Origin: Eledone cirrhosa
Lineage: Eukaryota
Assembly: GCA_964016885.1 (NCBI GenBank)
Contig: OZ024741.1
Span: 35,092,001 to 35,156,000 of the forward strand
Reading direction: 5' to 3'
Length of the DNA stretch: 64,000 bases
Under the pieces are notes generated by a model that saw only the letters and a list, made by a program, of their open reading frames with translations, was not told the origin of the DNA and made no database searches. The translations under genes were made by a program, and so were the position numbers. Of the stretch, positions 42,692-60,439 are shown piece by piece (within the stretch, counting starts at the first letter, position 1; each line of letters opens with the position of its first letter).

Positions 42692-43795
42692 GAGGGTATT
42701 TTCAGAATGAAAAAAACGAGATGTCCTACACGAGTGAAAGTATAAGGAAAAAAGATGAAATCGAAAATGCAACTGGAGTCTTTTTAAGAATATTTATTTG
42801 GTTCCTTTACCGATTTCGCAGTTCTTATGCTCTTCAAAAGTAGAATTGAGATGGAGCGTTTGTGGTTTTTCTCGCATCTGGTTGGTGTTCGAATGTTACT
42901 TCTGTTTTATGTGGAAAAAAGTGGCTCGAAATGCTTAGTAATTCGGTTGGTTGATGACTGTCACGTGAATAAGTATAATAAATTTCGCGCCAGTTCGAGT
43001 TACAAAGTTCTTATCATATTTGCTTTTAAAATGAAAAGGGGGGGGGGGGGTGCTCAGATTGTTTTTTCATATATGAGTGAAATTTGGTTGGTTGTTTCAG
43101 TCAGGTGCTGCACATCAACTTTCGCGCCAGTTCGTGTTTGAGGGTTCTTTTCACTTTAAAAAGTGGCTCAAAAAATTTTTTTAGAAATGTAATTTGATTG
43201 GTTATGACTGTCATGTGAATAAGTACATTAAATTTTGCGCCTGTATTCTTTGTAGCCCGTATTCTTTGTAGCCAATTCTCAAAAGATAATGGTCAAGAAA
43301 AAAGGGATGGGGAGAATTGTTCTGGTTCAGTGAGTATGGCTGATGTGCTGAGGTGTCAAAATTCAAACTTTCTATTGAAATAAAGAAAGTAGAGATATAT
43401 ATTTTTATTTGTGTGCTGATGTGTGTCTGTGTGATTCTATTAGTAGAAATGGGGGAGGGAGATATGTGTCTGTGTATATGATATGATTCCAGTTCCTCAG
43501 TGAAATAACAACCCAACCAGGAACTGGGCATATCAGAGTATTGACAAAATTATACACCTCAACAACATATGTACTTGTCTATACCACACTAATTCGGACT
43601 GCCTGAAGAGGTCACAGCCAAAGATGGCTGTCATCGAAATATATATAGCAGTAATAAACGAAGCTAAATTTTAAACATTTGACTTATTTATTTTACTTTA
43701 TTTTACATTACTCCGGAGTAACCAAACCAACCTGCGCACTTCGTCGAGTGCTCCAGTCTGCATATTGAGGTGTTGGTATACAACCAACATATACT

Positions 43796-43847
<52 letters not shown>

Positions 43848-43850
<3 letters not shown>

Positions 43851-45705
43851 ATCAAAAGATGGTTAAAAGAGTTCCATGTATTTTATTATGCGCATTTCAA
43901 AAACAAATATCATCATGAGATGACATTTGCGTTTTCGTCAGATAAAACAACCATTGTCTTGAAAAAAACTTAATCTATGAATGTAAAGTTATAACTGACA
44001 CCAATTCCTTTACCTATGTTGGCTCCACTTCCACCTCCTTTAAACCTGTCTTTATAATCACCATTCTTCTTTTAAATACCAACTTAAAAGTACCAACACA
44101 TCACTCTCAGAACTCATATGGTCCTTGAAAAACAAAAATATTAACTATAACATCTCTTGGAGGAAAGTTTGTTCTGCCTCTCCCTACTTGAATGCCTCTC
44201 TATCCAAAACATGTAATCTTTGTTTATGTGAGAAATTTACCATTATATCTAATTTAGATTCTATAATAAATAGACGCACTGACTTATTTTCTCTCTGCTT
44301 GCATACATTCCACAGAACATTCCATAAAGTATATAGCTAATATCTAATACTTTACCAGTTTAAAATCCTTTTTCTCAAAGGCATACATATATATTTTTTT
44401 TTAAATATACCCATCTTTCTACCTTATTTCAATGTTATTTATTTATTATACATTATATAACATTAGTTACTCATTCTATATCATTCCTATTTATCAATTC
44501 CCTTTCTTCCTCTTTTCTTTTAATTTATAACCTCTAATCTGTACTTTTTCTTCCTAGATACTTCTCAATTCTTATTATTACTCACCACAATATATCCACT
44601 CTTCCTTCTTCCTTCATATCATTGGCCATAAAACTTATTATTACCTTTTAAATACTTTATAGTATTACCTTTAAAAATCCTTCGTAAACATAAACATTTT
44701 TTGACGTTAGATTATTCCTCCTCAATTCATTATATTTTTCTCCCTTTCAAGCTCGTCTAACTTTTACATATTACATATCACAATACATAAAAACAAACTT
44801 AAACCCTAACTAATCTCCTTTATTACATTATATTATTACCATTAGGAAATACTTCATAAACATATATATTTTGTTGTTAGAGTCTTCTCTTCCTTAAACA
44901 CTATTTTCTTCTTTGCTTTCTACGCTCATTTGTAAACAAACTATTTACATATATTACGCATACATATTACATTACATAAAAACAAACTTAAACACTAACT
45001 AATTCCTCTAAATTCATAATTCATCCACTCTTCTACTTCTTTTCACATTATATCCTTAATAACATTAATATTTTTATTTTAATAATACATATTAACAATT
45101 TCTTTTCATCGCACATATTATTAAACCCTTCAATATACAAACCTTAATTTAACATTATTCTTAATTTTTTCTCTTCATTAATTTTTTTCTCTTCATCAAT
45201 TTTCAAATTCTTTTAAATTATATATTATCTTCCAACGGCTTTTTAATCTCTCCCTGTGAAACAATATATTTTTCTCAGTTATAAAGGCTATCTCTCTCTT
45301 ACTATCACCCATCTCTCCTCCTATCTCATCCTTCCTTATTATACTCCTCCCCCACCATTCTTTACTCTCATCTCCTCCTCTTTTTCATCCTTTCTAACCC
45401 CCCCCCTCATTTTCTCCCCCAATATCACACATCAATCTTAAATTACTTTTCATATGTTGATTTAAAACTGCATTATTCACAAGTGTTTTTTAACCTTCAT
45501 ATCATGTCTCCCTATTTTATCTGACGAAAACGCAAATGTCATCTCATGATGATATTTGTTTTTGAAATGCGCATAATAAAATACATGGAACTCTTTAACC
45601 ATCTTTTGATCTTATATTATTTATACTCCAGTCCTACAAACTGTAGAGTGCTACTTATCCGATATCTGCATTGCTTTATTGTACTACAATAAAACTCACC
45701 TCCTA
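43848..45705 (+). mobile_element. 5'-truncated PLE with GIY-YIG remnant and inverted terminal copy
   Basis: YVGSTSTSFK, LSELIWSLK, CNLCLCEK (43975-44340); HHR 45515-45581 (+) and 43881-43947 (-). Confidence 0.85.
45515..45581 (+). ncRNA. Type I hammerhead, palindromic stem III ATGCGCAT
   Basis: ttttat-CTGACGA-aaacgcaaatgtcatc-tcat-gatgatatttgttttt-GAAA-tgcgca-TA-ataaaa. Confidence 0.85.
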
Positions 45706-45965
45706 CATATATATATATAGAGATTAGAGCAAACATCACGGGCGCTCTATCTCAAAATTATTTTTGAAAAGCATTAGAAATAGGCAACCGGTAAAACTTA
45801 AAACCAAAACTGAATACTAACCAATACTATTACTAATTTTTACTTATTCCTAATTAAACTATTTTTCACTGGGCACAATTTGTCACCATTTTCTTTTCCG
45901 TTTACCAATATATCATAACTCGTGTGTTACACCTCTATTCTTTTAAATATATATATATATATATT

Positions 45966-48900
45966 AATTCAAAATAGATATTCTTGTGATCAATTATATT
46001 TTATTATACATATTTCAGAGGTACTGAGTTAAGTTCAACAGTACGTCCTCATCAGATAAAATAAGATGATGCATGACATACCCTGACATAGTAGATGGTT
46101 AAGATTCAGTCATGGTAGTGATTAACTTATGACAAAACTCAATATTTATACCCTAATATTGAGAACATGAGATAACATAATACAAACAATAGAGAGGGTG
46201 CGTGTAATACAGCTTAAAAAATACATGACATCAATATAACAGTTATAAATTTTTTTTTTAAACTACTGGAGAAAGAGGAGGGAAAGGAAAGCATAGAGGA
46301 AGAAACAGCTGATGTGATAATATATTTAGTAGGTGGCTTGAAAAAACAGATGAAAGATGATTAAAGAGAGAGAGAGACAAAGGGGAGTAATTTATGTTCA
46401 AGTTTATATACAGATTTCCATATATGCAACACATATCCAGATTAATATAGTTGGCGGTTAATTTTCAAAATATTTAATTTAAGTTATTTCAGAGTAATGA
46501 ATAATATTTTAGGTTTTAAAAGTTAATAGGTATTTGTATTAATATTATAGTTATGTTTAATTTCTAAAATTCAAATTTTATGAAAACAAATTTAAAGGAG
46601 AAAGAAAATATATAATGATTTTATACCCTCACGAAGGGAATCTTTACCAAAATTATTTATTTATAATATTGACAACAGTTTATATAATATAATTTATAAA
46701 ATAATTATAGTTATAATTATTAAATAATTTATTGTTAAATAGTTTGAGTGCCTAAAGGATCAACCGGCCTTATAACTAAACTTAAAGCAGTCCGAATTTT
46801 TAATTATATATATGTGTTGATAAAAAAATACAAGGATTATAGTTTATTATTTGTTTATAATTGAGGTGATACCTTTCAAATATATATAATATAATACAAT
46901 AATACAATCATACAATATAGTAAATAAGTTACTGAAAATATTGTTCAAAAAATATATATAGTTAGAAAATATTGTTTAAAAATATTGCTAAAGAATTAAT
47001 GTTTTATATCAATTATTTTCATTTAGTTGATATATACTATAAACATATAAGTCAAAACTATATGAGTCCTAATGATAGGGGCTAGATACAAAATAAATAT
47101 ACAAATAAAAGAAAATGAATTGTTTGCGAAACTTAAAGATGCCCAATATATTATAAATGTAATAGGGTTTTAATATAGTATACAAAAGATACGTCTAAAA
47201 TATTTTAGCGAATGTGATATAAAGAGGAGCTAAATATTTGAAAAAACCGAAGGTAATCTAAATTTAATTAAAATAAAATAAGTTAAATTAAATTATATTA
47301 TATTAAGTAAAAATCATTATATAAGTTCGAACTTCCAGGGAATATCAAACACTTATAACAATATAGAGTCATTTGAGTGTCTAAATTATTTATAAATGTA
47401 ACTACGATTATGTTATTACACTAGATATTTGTACAACTATATAGAGATCCTCGGTACGATCTGAGTTCAAATCCCGCCGAGGTTAACTTTGCCTTTCATC
47501 CTTACGGGGTCGATAAAATAAAGTACCAGTAATACACTGGGTAATTGCTGGCCTTGTTCCTAAAGTAGAAACAATTATAGGTATTAATGAAACGGTATAC
47601 ATTTAATAAAAAATAATAATTACGGTATACATTTTATAAAAAATAATAATTATAATCATTATTAGTAATGTTAGAGGGTTGGACGCCATGCTTTCTAGCA
47701 TAGTTACGTCCCTTTACATTCTGAGTTCAAATCCCGCCGAGGTTAACTTTGCCTTTCATCCTTACGGGGTCGATAAAATAAAGTACCAGTAATGTACTGG
47801 GTAATTGCTGGCCTTGTGCCTAAAGTAGAAACAATTATTAGTAATGTTATAATTGTAGTTTTACCTCCAGTTCAGTGGAGAGAGAGACCAATATTTGTCG
47901 GCTATTATGGTTTGTTATATTTATACCTAGATATATATAAAAAAATAAATGCAAATCTAACTTTCTGAGTCCACCAAAAACATACTCAAAATGAGTAAAA
48001 TATGTAAAATATGCAAACGTATGAATGATCCACAGTTCAATTATAATCAGTAAATTTACAAGTTAAATATCCAAATTATATATTTAAAACAGAGACAGAT
48101 AATAACGATCTTAATCAAAATTATAAATATCCAAAAAAATCATAAGGTATGCATATTTATCAAGTAAACAAGTTATCAAAAGAGTATCCTTCATTCTAAC
48201 ATTAATTCTATCATAAATGATTAGAAGATAAAGCATTATTAAAGTTTTATAAGCCGTTATGACTTTTTAGGCCCAACAGTTGATAAGAGACGTCAAAAAT
48301 TAAGGCCTGATTGTTTACTGTTTTTACCTGACTTTTTGCGAGGCTTGGAATGTAGACAAAGCTTTATGAAGGCAGTTTGAGAATAATTCACTTTTTTTGT
48401 TAATTAAGTTTTCATAATTAGTAATTATTAATATGGTCTCCTTTGTGCAGAGGTTGCAGTTAATTGATATAGATGAGTTCGTATACATTTTACTATTACA
48501 AAGCTTCGTCCAAAAGATCGAGTATTTTAAATGTTTGTCTTTTAATGACCATATAAGTTGTGATAAAGAAGTCGAAGACTTCCTATTAAAATTCGAAAAT
48601 GAGCATTTGTGATTCGCAAATCTCGATTTAAATGTCGAAGAAGTTGCTCCTATGTAGTTGTATGTGTTGTTATTTGTTTTTACGGTGCATTTAAATATTT
48701 TATTAATTAACCGCCAACTATATTAATCTGGATATGTGTTGCATATATGGAAATCTGTATATAAACTTGAACATAAATTACTCCCTTTGTCTCTCTCTCT
48801 CTTTAATCGTCTTTCATCTGTTTTTTCAAGCCACCTACTAAATATATTATCACATCAGCTGTTTCTTCCTCTATGCTTTCCTTTCCCTCCTCTTTCTCCA

Positions 48901-49308
48901 GTAGTCTTTAAAAAAAGTTTTATAACTGTTATATTGATGCCATGTATTTTTTAAGCTGTATTACACGCACCCTCTCTATTGTTTGTATTATGTTATCTCA
49001 TGTTCTCAATATTAGGGTATAAATATTGAGTTTTGTCATAAGTTAATCACTACCATGACTGAATCTTAACCATCTACTATGTCAGGGTATGTCATGCATC
49101 AACTTATTTTATCTGATAAGGACGTACTGTTGAACTTAACTCAGTACCTCTGAAATATGTATAATAAAATATAATTGATCACAAGAATATCTATTTTGTT
49201 AATATTTTGAATTAATATTAATAACTCTGGAAAACCATTCTTGTTGAGTGCTTCCAATCTATTGTAAAACTCATTCTTTGATGTATTCATTGAACCTTGT
49301 TTAACTTT

Positions 49309-49310
<2 letters not shown>
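45966..49310 (-). mobile_element. PLE with ~495-bp inverted repeats and GIY-YIG remnant
   Basis: Arms 45970-46463 / 48705-49198; YIGATSSTFKSRFANH and CNLCTKE at ~48350-48690 (-); HHRs 45999-46061 (-) and 49107-49169 (+, CTGATAA); two SINEs nested inside. Confidence 0.85.
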
Positions 49311-49373
<63 letters not shown>

Positions 49374-49642
49374 ATAACAATATTTATCCTTATCGAGCCC
49401 TCTTTATATATATATATGTAGATTCTATCAAGCAATGACCTGTTGTTATGTCAAGTATGTTATAAGGCAATAATACTGTTTACAAACTATCTGTTGTGCC
49501 ATGAAATAGTAAGACGTTAAAAATCTTCACTAAATGAAATAACTTCCACAGATTAGATTTCTTTATTGACTGCAATGTTTTTCTTTCTATAACTAAATAT
49601 ACATATATATATTATGTGTGTGTATGTCCCTCTCTATATATA

Positions 49643-49723
<81 letters not shown>

Positions 49724-50140
49724 TGTGTGTGTCTGTGTGTGTCTGTGTGTGTCTGTGTGTGTCTGTGTGTGTCTGCGTCTGTGTGTGTGTGTGTGTGTCT
49801 GTGTCTGTCTGCGTGTGTCTGTGTGTGTCTGTGTATATGCGTGTGTATATACACATGCAGACATCCATATGTATATGTAAATTTATCTATATCTATTATA
49901 TATATTATATATATTATACATATATATGTGTGTGTGCATCTGTGTGTGTGAGTGTGACTGTCTGTGTTTGTGTGTGTGTATGTGTGTGTATACACATACA
50001 GACATCATATTTATGTATATATAAATTTATCTATATCTATATATGTATATATATATATGTATATGTATACATATATGTATGTGTGTGTGTATGCGTATAT
50101 TATATTTATCTCTCTCTCTCTCTCTCATATATATGTATAC

Positions 50141-50206
<66 letters not shown>

Positions 50207-50324
50207 ATTTATTTCTTCATATTTTACATTTCTTTATTTTATTTCTATTTAGTGTTTTATATATTTATTCTTTCATAATATCGTCTGCTTAGTTTGGGGC
50301 TTTCTGTCTTTTTCCGTCTCATTA

Positions 50325-50655
50325 TTTTGAGTTCAAATCCCGCCGAGGTTGACTTTGCCTTTCATCCTTACGGGGTCGATAAAATAAAGTACCAGTAATG
50401 CACTGGGTAATTGCTGGCCTTGTGTCTAAAGTAGAAACAATTATTTTTAGTCTCAAGGGCGGTGGATTGGCAGTATTGGGAGAGGGTCGGACGCCATGCT
50501 TTGACGTATAGAGTTAAGGCCCTTGCCATTCTGAGTTCAAATCCCGCCGAGATTAACTTTGCCTTTCATCCTTACGGGGTCGATAAAATAAAGTACCAGT
50601 AATGCACTGGGTAATTGCTGGCCTTGTGCCTAACGTAGAAACAATTATTTTTAGT
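50325..50655 (+). mobile_element. Tandem SINE pair
   Basis: Second copy flanked by duplicated attatttttagtctca; similar pair at 57395-57762. Confidence 0.85.
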
Positions 50656-50820
50656 CTCATTCTCTGTATTATATTTTACTTAATTTATCCTGTAGTAGAT
50701 TGTAAAATACTGTTGCCTTTTGTTTGTATATGTGTGTGTTGTGATAGTGTTTTATGTGTGTGTAAGTGCATGTGTTTGTGTGTGGATGCGCGTGTGTGTG
50801 TTTGTTTTTCTGCATGAATG

Positions 50821-50901
<81 letters not shown>

Positions 50902-51037
50902 ATTGCAATCAAACTTCAACATTAAACAGAACGAAAGATTAAGAATGGCGCCTTATATATAGTGGTAAGAAACTTTCAGGGGAGCTGGACAGCAGAAGGT
51001 TTTCAGAGAAGAAACCGCCTACATACACACACACGCG

Positions 51038-51163
<126 letters not shown>

Positions 51164-51189
51164 TGCACGCACACATACATACACACACA

Positions 51190-51264
<75 letters not shown>

Positions 51265-51585
51265 AAAAAAGAAAATTATAACAAAGCAAACGACACAGTA
51301 GTGTAATAGGCAAAGAGTCCTAACGTTTGGGACACTAGTCTTTCATCAAAGATAGAATGAGAAATAAAATATGAAATAGAAAAATAGAGTGTGAGAAGAG
51401 GAAGGAACAGGAAAAAAAATGATAAAACACACGTACGTATTCAATCAGCCATTTTAGTTCCCGAGTTGTGCCGGGGGTAACCACAGTTTAAAAAGGTACT
51501 CAATTGGTTAGTAGAGTATAGGCATTTTTATCATATAGAGAAATAACTTCTAGAGGACCAGAATTGTTTTAGTCTTATAGAAGTC

Positions 51586-51752
<167 letters not shown>

Positions 51753-51884
51753 GTAACTATGTTTTGAAACAGTGAGCAGGTTTAAAATTAGAAAATATAT
51801 AGCTTTCACCGTATTTTTGACTAAGGAATTTTAGCCTGATAATGGGGTTTAGAACCCTCAGATAAATGGAAAAAGATGAGTATT

Positions 51885-51950
51885 GAAGTACATGGGAGTC
51901 GAACCCACATCTTTGGTTATCGCGACCACTGTGCTACCATTACACGATAT
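51885..51950 (-). other. tRNA-like sequence (pseudogene or SINE head)
   Basis: D arm gtgt-aatggta-gcac, stem tggt/acca with 7-nt loop, T arm gtggg-TTCGACT-cccat; acceptor stem poor. Confidence 0.45.
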
Positions 51951-52029
51951 ATAGTATTAGCAATTGGAAAGACTAATTCAAAGAGGGCTCGATAGGGATA
52001 AATATATATCAAATATATAAGAACCGTAG

Positions 52030-54146
52030 AGCAAATATTTATTAAAATAACATACCGTGATGATGGTCATTTGACCATGACTAAGTGCGGACCTCGTGCT
52101 TGCGACAGGTTCAGAAAAGAACTCACAGCCTTCTTTAAAGGCTTCAACCTCTCTATACAGATTGAGGCTTATCTCTTGGTCGTTAATTACCTCGACGTTA
52201 CCCTCAATTTATCGAATGGGTTGTATTACCCGTATAGAAAGCCGAATGATACGCTTAATTACATAAGTAAGCATTCCAACCATCCTGCCAGCATAACCAA
52301 GAACCTGATAAGAAACGTTTCGTTGAGGCTTTCCCGTCTATCTACTAACGAGCATATTTTCAACGACCATTCCACTTATTACAATGAAGCTCTTGCTCGG
52401 AGTGGATTTGTCGATAAGGTAGCATATACAGAGTACGGTAATAGACCTAGAAGTAATAGATCCCGTCGCATTTGTTGGTATAACCCACCATATAATATGG
52501 AGGTGGCCACACCATTAGCTAAGATCTTTCTTTCCCTTATTACGAAGCATTTCACCCCTACACATAAATATAGTAACATTTTTAATAGAAATACTATTAA
52601 AATTTCTTACTCTACGAGTAACCTAACCTTGCACATAACATCACAGCTTCAAATTTAGCTAAACTACCTAACCGTAGGAACACGTGCAACCCTGTAGTTA
52701 GTACTAACTGTAATTGTAGGAATCGGGTTGATTGCCCCCTATCCGGGAAATGCCTCTCTAGTACATTGTCTACAAATGTAAGGTTGAAACACCCACGTCC
52801 CGTAGGGCCTACATAGGGTTAACCGCCAATAGATTCAAGCAGCGTCTTTACATGCATACCCATTCTTTTCGTTACCCTCTCAGAAGGAATATGACGTCAC
52901 TTTCAGCTTATATCGGGAGTCTAAAAGACAACCACACCCAATTTAAGTTACACTGGGAGATCCTAGCTAGGGCTAGATCGTATAACGGAAATAAAAGACC
53001 ATGTGACCTCTGCGCCGCTGAGGCCCTGGAAATACTCTACGCCACAGACCACATCTTAAACAAAAAATCTGAGGCAATTTCGGCTTGTAAACATAAATTG
53101 CACAAAACTTTCCTGTATTACAGCCCCACATTATACCCTAACGGATAGTACGATCTATACGTGGATTTTTTACGTCTTGATGTGGTAGCTAAGTATATGT
53201 TTTGTTTATACCATTACTTATTTGCATAGGTAAGTATATATTACCTGTATGTTTTGTGAAGGTACGTATACTTTCTCATACGTATATTTGATCGATTATG
53301 TTATGGCGTATAAATTTTTTATATTTTCTGGTACATATGGTTTGGTTATGTGGATACGGGAGTTTTGCGTCTGCGTGTGTATGCAGGTTCGTACGTATGT
53401 AGGGTGTGTGTATATGTGTACTTCGTGTTTTGGATGACTTACGTCTCCGAACATTTGTGTATTTACATGTAGGTATGTGGGTGCGCTTGTTATATACGTA
53501 TTTATTTATTTATATACGTTTATTTAATTATTTATTTGTATACACGCACACACACACACACATATTTATATGTGCGTGGTTTTGTATACCTATGGCAAGT
53601 GTTTTGCGTATGCTTGTGTATGTACGTATTTGAATGTGTGTATGCATTTATTTAATTTCTATTACCTCTGTATTGTATTTATTTACTTTATTCTTAACTC
53701 TGAAGCGGAGATTCATTCGGTTTCCTAGTTAGAATTTAGTCTACGACTTCAGCTATACCATTTACGTGGTTTTGTCTTTGCGTGCATTTGTTCTCCACGC
53801 TCCACATATGACGTATTATCTTCGTTTTTTCTGTTCATTGCCAGAGAACGTCTCCATGAACCACCTAAGAGAACATTAGTCTACGACTTCTTTTTTACCA
53901 TAAACGTGGTTCTGTCTTTGCGCGTAATTGTTTTTCACCGCTCCTATTAATGACGTATCTTATTCGTTTTTTCCCGTTCTTTGCCAGCGAATGTTTCCAC
54001 GAACCAAAGTATCGTCTTCCTGTCTTCCTCCGGTTGCAACGTTTTTTGAAATATCCAGTTCTGCGTTTACAGATTGACTTTGTTAGTTTCAGAAGATTCC
54101 GTTAAGGGTGAAAGCAGCGATTCTTTGCTTAAACTTTAATCTGTTA

Positions 54147-54148
<2 letters not shown>
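52030..54148 (+). mobile_element. Penelope-like element, RT-thumb and GIY-YIG, disrupted
   Basis: YRDDG, NYLDVTLNL, YRKPN..SNHP, WYNPPY, YIGLT..RFKQR...H, CDLC. Confidence 0.88.
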
Positions 54149-57121
<2,973 letters not shown>

Positions 57122-58249
57122 ATATATATATATATACATATGACAGCATTTTTGAATTGGGGCAAATTTGGTCAATTTAGTTGTAGAGATTAATTTAGCT
57201 CTTTGCATTCTCAAGTGATCAGAAAACTTCGATATGCGATAAACATAACGTCTACATAAATTGGAAAGCATATCCAAATGGATGTGTGTTTTGTATCCTT
57301 TCTCAGTGATATAATTTATGGAGAAAAACTCTGCATTTCAATATTACTCAATGTAAAATGTAATGCATGAAAAATTGGAAAACATTTTCTTTTGGTGGAT
57401 TGGCAGTATCGAGAGAGGGTCGGACGCCATGCTTTGACGCATAGAGTTACGGCCCTTGCCATTCTGAGTTCAAATCCCGCCGAGGTTAACTTTACGGGGT
57501 CGATAAAATAAAGTACCAGTAATGCACTGGGTATTTGCTGGCCTTGTGCCAAAAGTAGAAACAATTATTTTTTGTGTGGATTGGCAGTATCGGTAGAGAG
57601 TCGGACACCATGCTTTGAAGCATAGAGTTACGTCCCTTTATGATCTGAGTTCAAATCCCGCCGAGGTTAACTTTGCTTTTCATCCTTACGGGGTCGATAA
57701 AATAAAGTACCAGTAATGGACTGGGTAATTGCTGGCCTTGTGCCTAAAATAGAAACAATTATTTTTTGTCATATATCAAATCAAAATTAGATTATTAAAT
57801 CTTATTCTTATTTTGTTTCTTGTAAATAATTTTTTTAAAAATATCAATTCAAAACTTGATCATTTCCTTTTTGTGTAAAGCATTACTTTCAAATTAGAAA
57901 TTCAAAGTTCCAATACTCAAGCTATGGGCTTCCAAAATTTTCACTATAGGGGGTTTAACCCCATTACGGTGTCTTAATATTACTGAAATTTGCTGAGATT
58001 TTGTGAATAGGCATCATATCTTATCATTTACCTATGGTTTAAATTTCATATAAATCGAAGAGAAACAAATTTCAGCGGGGGTTTGTGCCCTCGGGGAACC
58101 CTTTGAATAAAATGAAATATACTTATGCAAGTGCCTTGGGCAATGTAGTTTCAGAATATATATGGTTATGGGGGTCTATTTCCAAAACCATAGGAGGAGT
58201 TCGTGAACAAACAAACAGGCAGGAACTACAACTTTATATATATATATAT

Positions 58250-60149
58250 ATTTCGTTTCTGAATTTGTTTAGCAAGATTCTTTATCTGAAAACGTGTGTT
58301 TGCCAATAAGAAACACACGCACCAGTTGCTTTCACTTCAATTTATTATAAATTGAAATTTTTTAATAAATTTCTGGTTGGTTGGTTGGTTGGTTCCACAA
58401 CCGGACGGTTGTTCATATATTGTCAAAGTTCTTTCGTCACACATTATGTGACCTCTTCAGTGACTGGGGATTATTTTCTTTGTTTTGTGCCTATTCTCCT
58501 TTGTTCTGTCCTACGCCATCTTGTTTTGTGTGTGTTGTGTGCTTAGTTTGCGCATGTGTTACATCCGGGTGTAAATTTCCGGTTGGTTGGTTGGTTGGTT
58601 CCACAACCGGACGGTTGTTCATATTTTGTCAAAGTTCGTTCGTCACACATTATGTGACCTCTTCAGTGACTGGGGATTATTTTCTTGGTTTTGTGCCTCT
58701 TCTCCTTTGTTCTGTTCTACGCCATCTTGTTTTGTGTGTGTTGTGTGCTTAGTTTGCGCATGTGTTACATCCGGGTGTAAATTTCCGGTTGGTTGGTTGG
58801 TTGGTTCCACAACCGGACGGTTGTTCATATTTTGTCAAAGTTCGTTCGTCACACATTATGTGACCTCTTCAGTGACTGGGGATTATTTTCTTGGTTTTGT
58901 GCCTCTTCTCCTTTGTTCTGTTCTACGCCATCTTGTTTTTGTGTGTGTTGTGTGCTTAGTTTGCGCATGTGTTACATCCGGGTGTCTCTGTGTGTTTTTA
59001 TTTGTTTATTTATTTGTTTATTTACATGTTACTAGTTAGTTGTTTGTTCTATGTGTGTGTGTTTTCATTTTGTCCTTAATTGTAAGTTGTGATGTTGCTA
59101 TTCCGTCATGTTTTCTATTTAATTTTGGTTGGAGTTCATTTATGTTTATTGCCTCTGTGATTTGTCTAAACATTGCGTCTTTTCTGTGTGTAGATTTTAT
59201 TTTTATTTCTATGTTCTCTAATGTTCCCTTATGTTCTATTTTAGCATGTTGGTGAAGTACTGATGAGTCTTTTCTATCTTGGAGTTCTCGCCAGTGTTCA
59301 TTTAATCGTTCTCCTATGCTACGAGCTGTCTCACCTATGTACATTATATTCTTATATTTACATTGTCCCTCAGTACATCTTATGCTATATAACATGTTTC
59401 TAGTTTTACAGTTAATATGGGGGCTTAGTTTACAGATTATGCATTTCTTATCTATACAGGGAGGTCTTTGAAAAGGGTATGTATTGCTAATAAGTGTTTT
59501 TATGGAGGTACCTGGTCTTTTCACTATCTTAATATTTAGTTTATCTAGGGCTCTTCTAAATTTGTAAGCTAGTTCACTTCTAGGGGTTGTATTGATGAAC
59601 ATTACACTCTTGTATTTATTGCTATCATACCATGAGTTTATTTTATTAACCTTATTCCTAGTTCTTTCTATTCTATTCCAAAATTTGCTCCTATACAAGG
59701 GGCAGGTTCCATTTGTATCATTATTTACCATTTTTTCCCATTTGGTTCTGGCTCCTCTATATACTCTGATTTTATCACTCTGATTTTATCTCTCTGATTG
59801 TAACCAGAGAACTGCATACGGTGGATGAAGTGTTGTATGTGTCTCTCTAGTTCTTTGGGGTTTCACATGCGGGACACGTTCCTCATCACCCTTACTAAAT
59901 CCGCAATCAGTATGTTGATTTTAGTATGATCCGAAACAGCTGAGTTTCGGTGGATCAGGTGTTTGGAAGTCATGGGTTTGGCATAATGGGAATGGAGGAT
60001 TTGTTTTTTTTTGTTATTAATGGTATCTAACCAGAGCTCTATGTCTAGTACAGGTAATCGATGGTTGGGGTGTTTGCTTGGGTAGTCTATAGTAACTTTA
60101 ATACTATGATGGATGGAGTTAGCTATTTGCTGGATGCTTTCCATGGTTT
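58250..60149 (-). mobile_element. Penelope-like element of a different clade, with 3 x 206-bp terminal repeats
   Basis: RT IDYPSKHPNHRLPVLD...KPM; Cys cluster and YIGETARSIGERLNEH...RQITEA..LN; repeats 58373-58983. Confidence 0.88.
58422..58464 (-). ncRNA. Minimal type I hammerhead (copies 58628-58670 and 58834-58876 have GAAC)
   Basis: gtca-CTGAAGA-ggtcaca-taatg-tgtgac-GAAA-gaac-TT-tgac. Confidence 0.75.
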
Positions 60150-60439
60150 CGGAAGCTCCTCGGATATGTTTTAACATGTAAACTCGCCCGTCTAAATATT
60201 AAAACATATCCGAGGAGCTTCCGATTTCAGAGTTAGGTTCGATCATCAATATATCGTTCCTCAAGCTGATCGACAGTGAAACATGTGTAATATGTAATAA
60301 AATATGTATATGATGCAACACTGATTCTTTGTTCCCATATATATTAATACTATTGATACTCTGCTCCCCAAGAGCATCGAGTGCTCATTCGGCATACCGC
60401 CTATGAACGCAATTAATTTGCACCTTAATATATATATAG

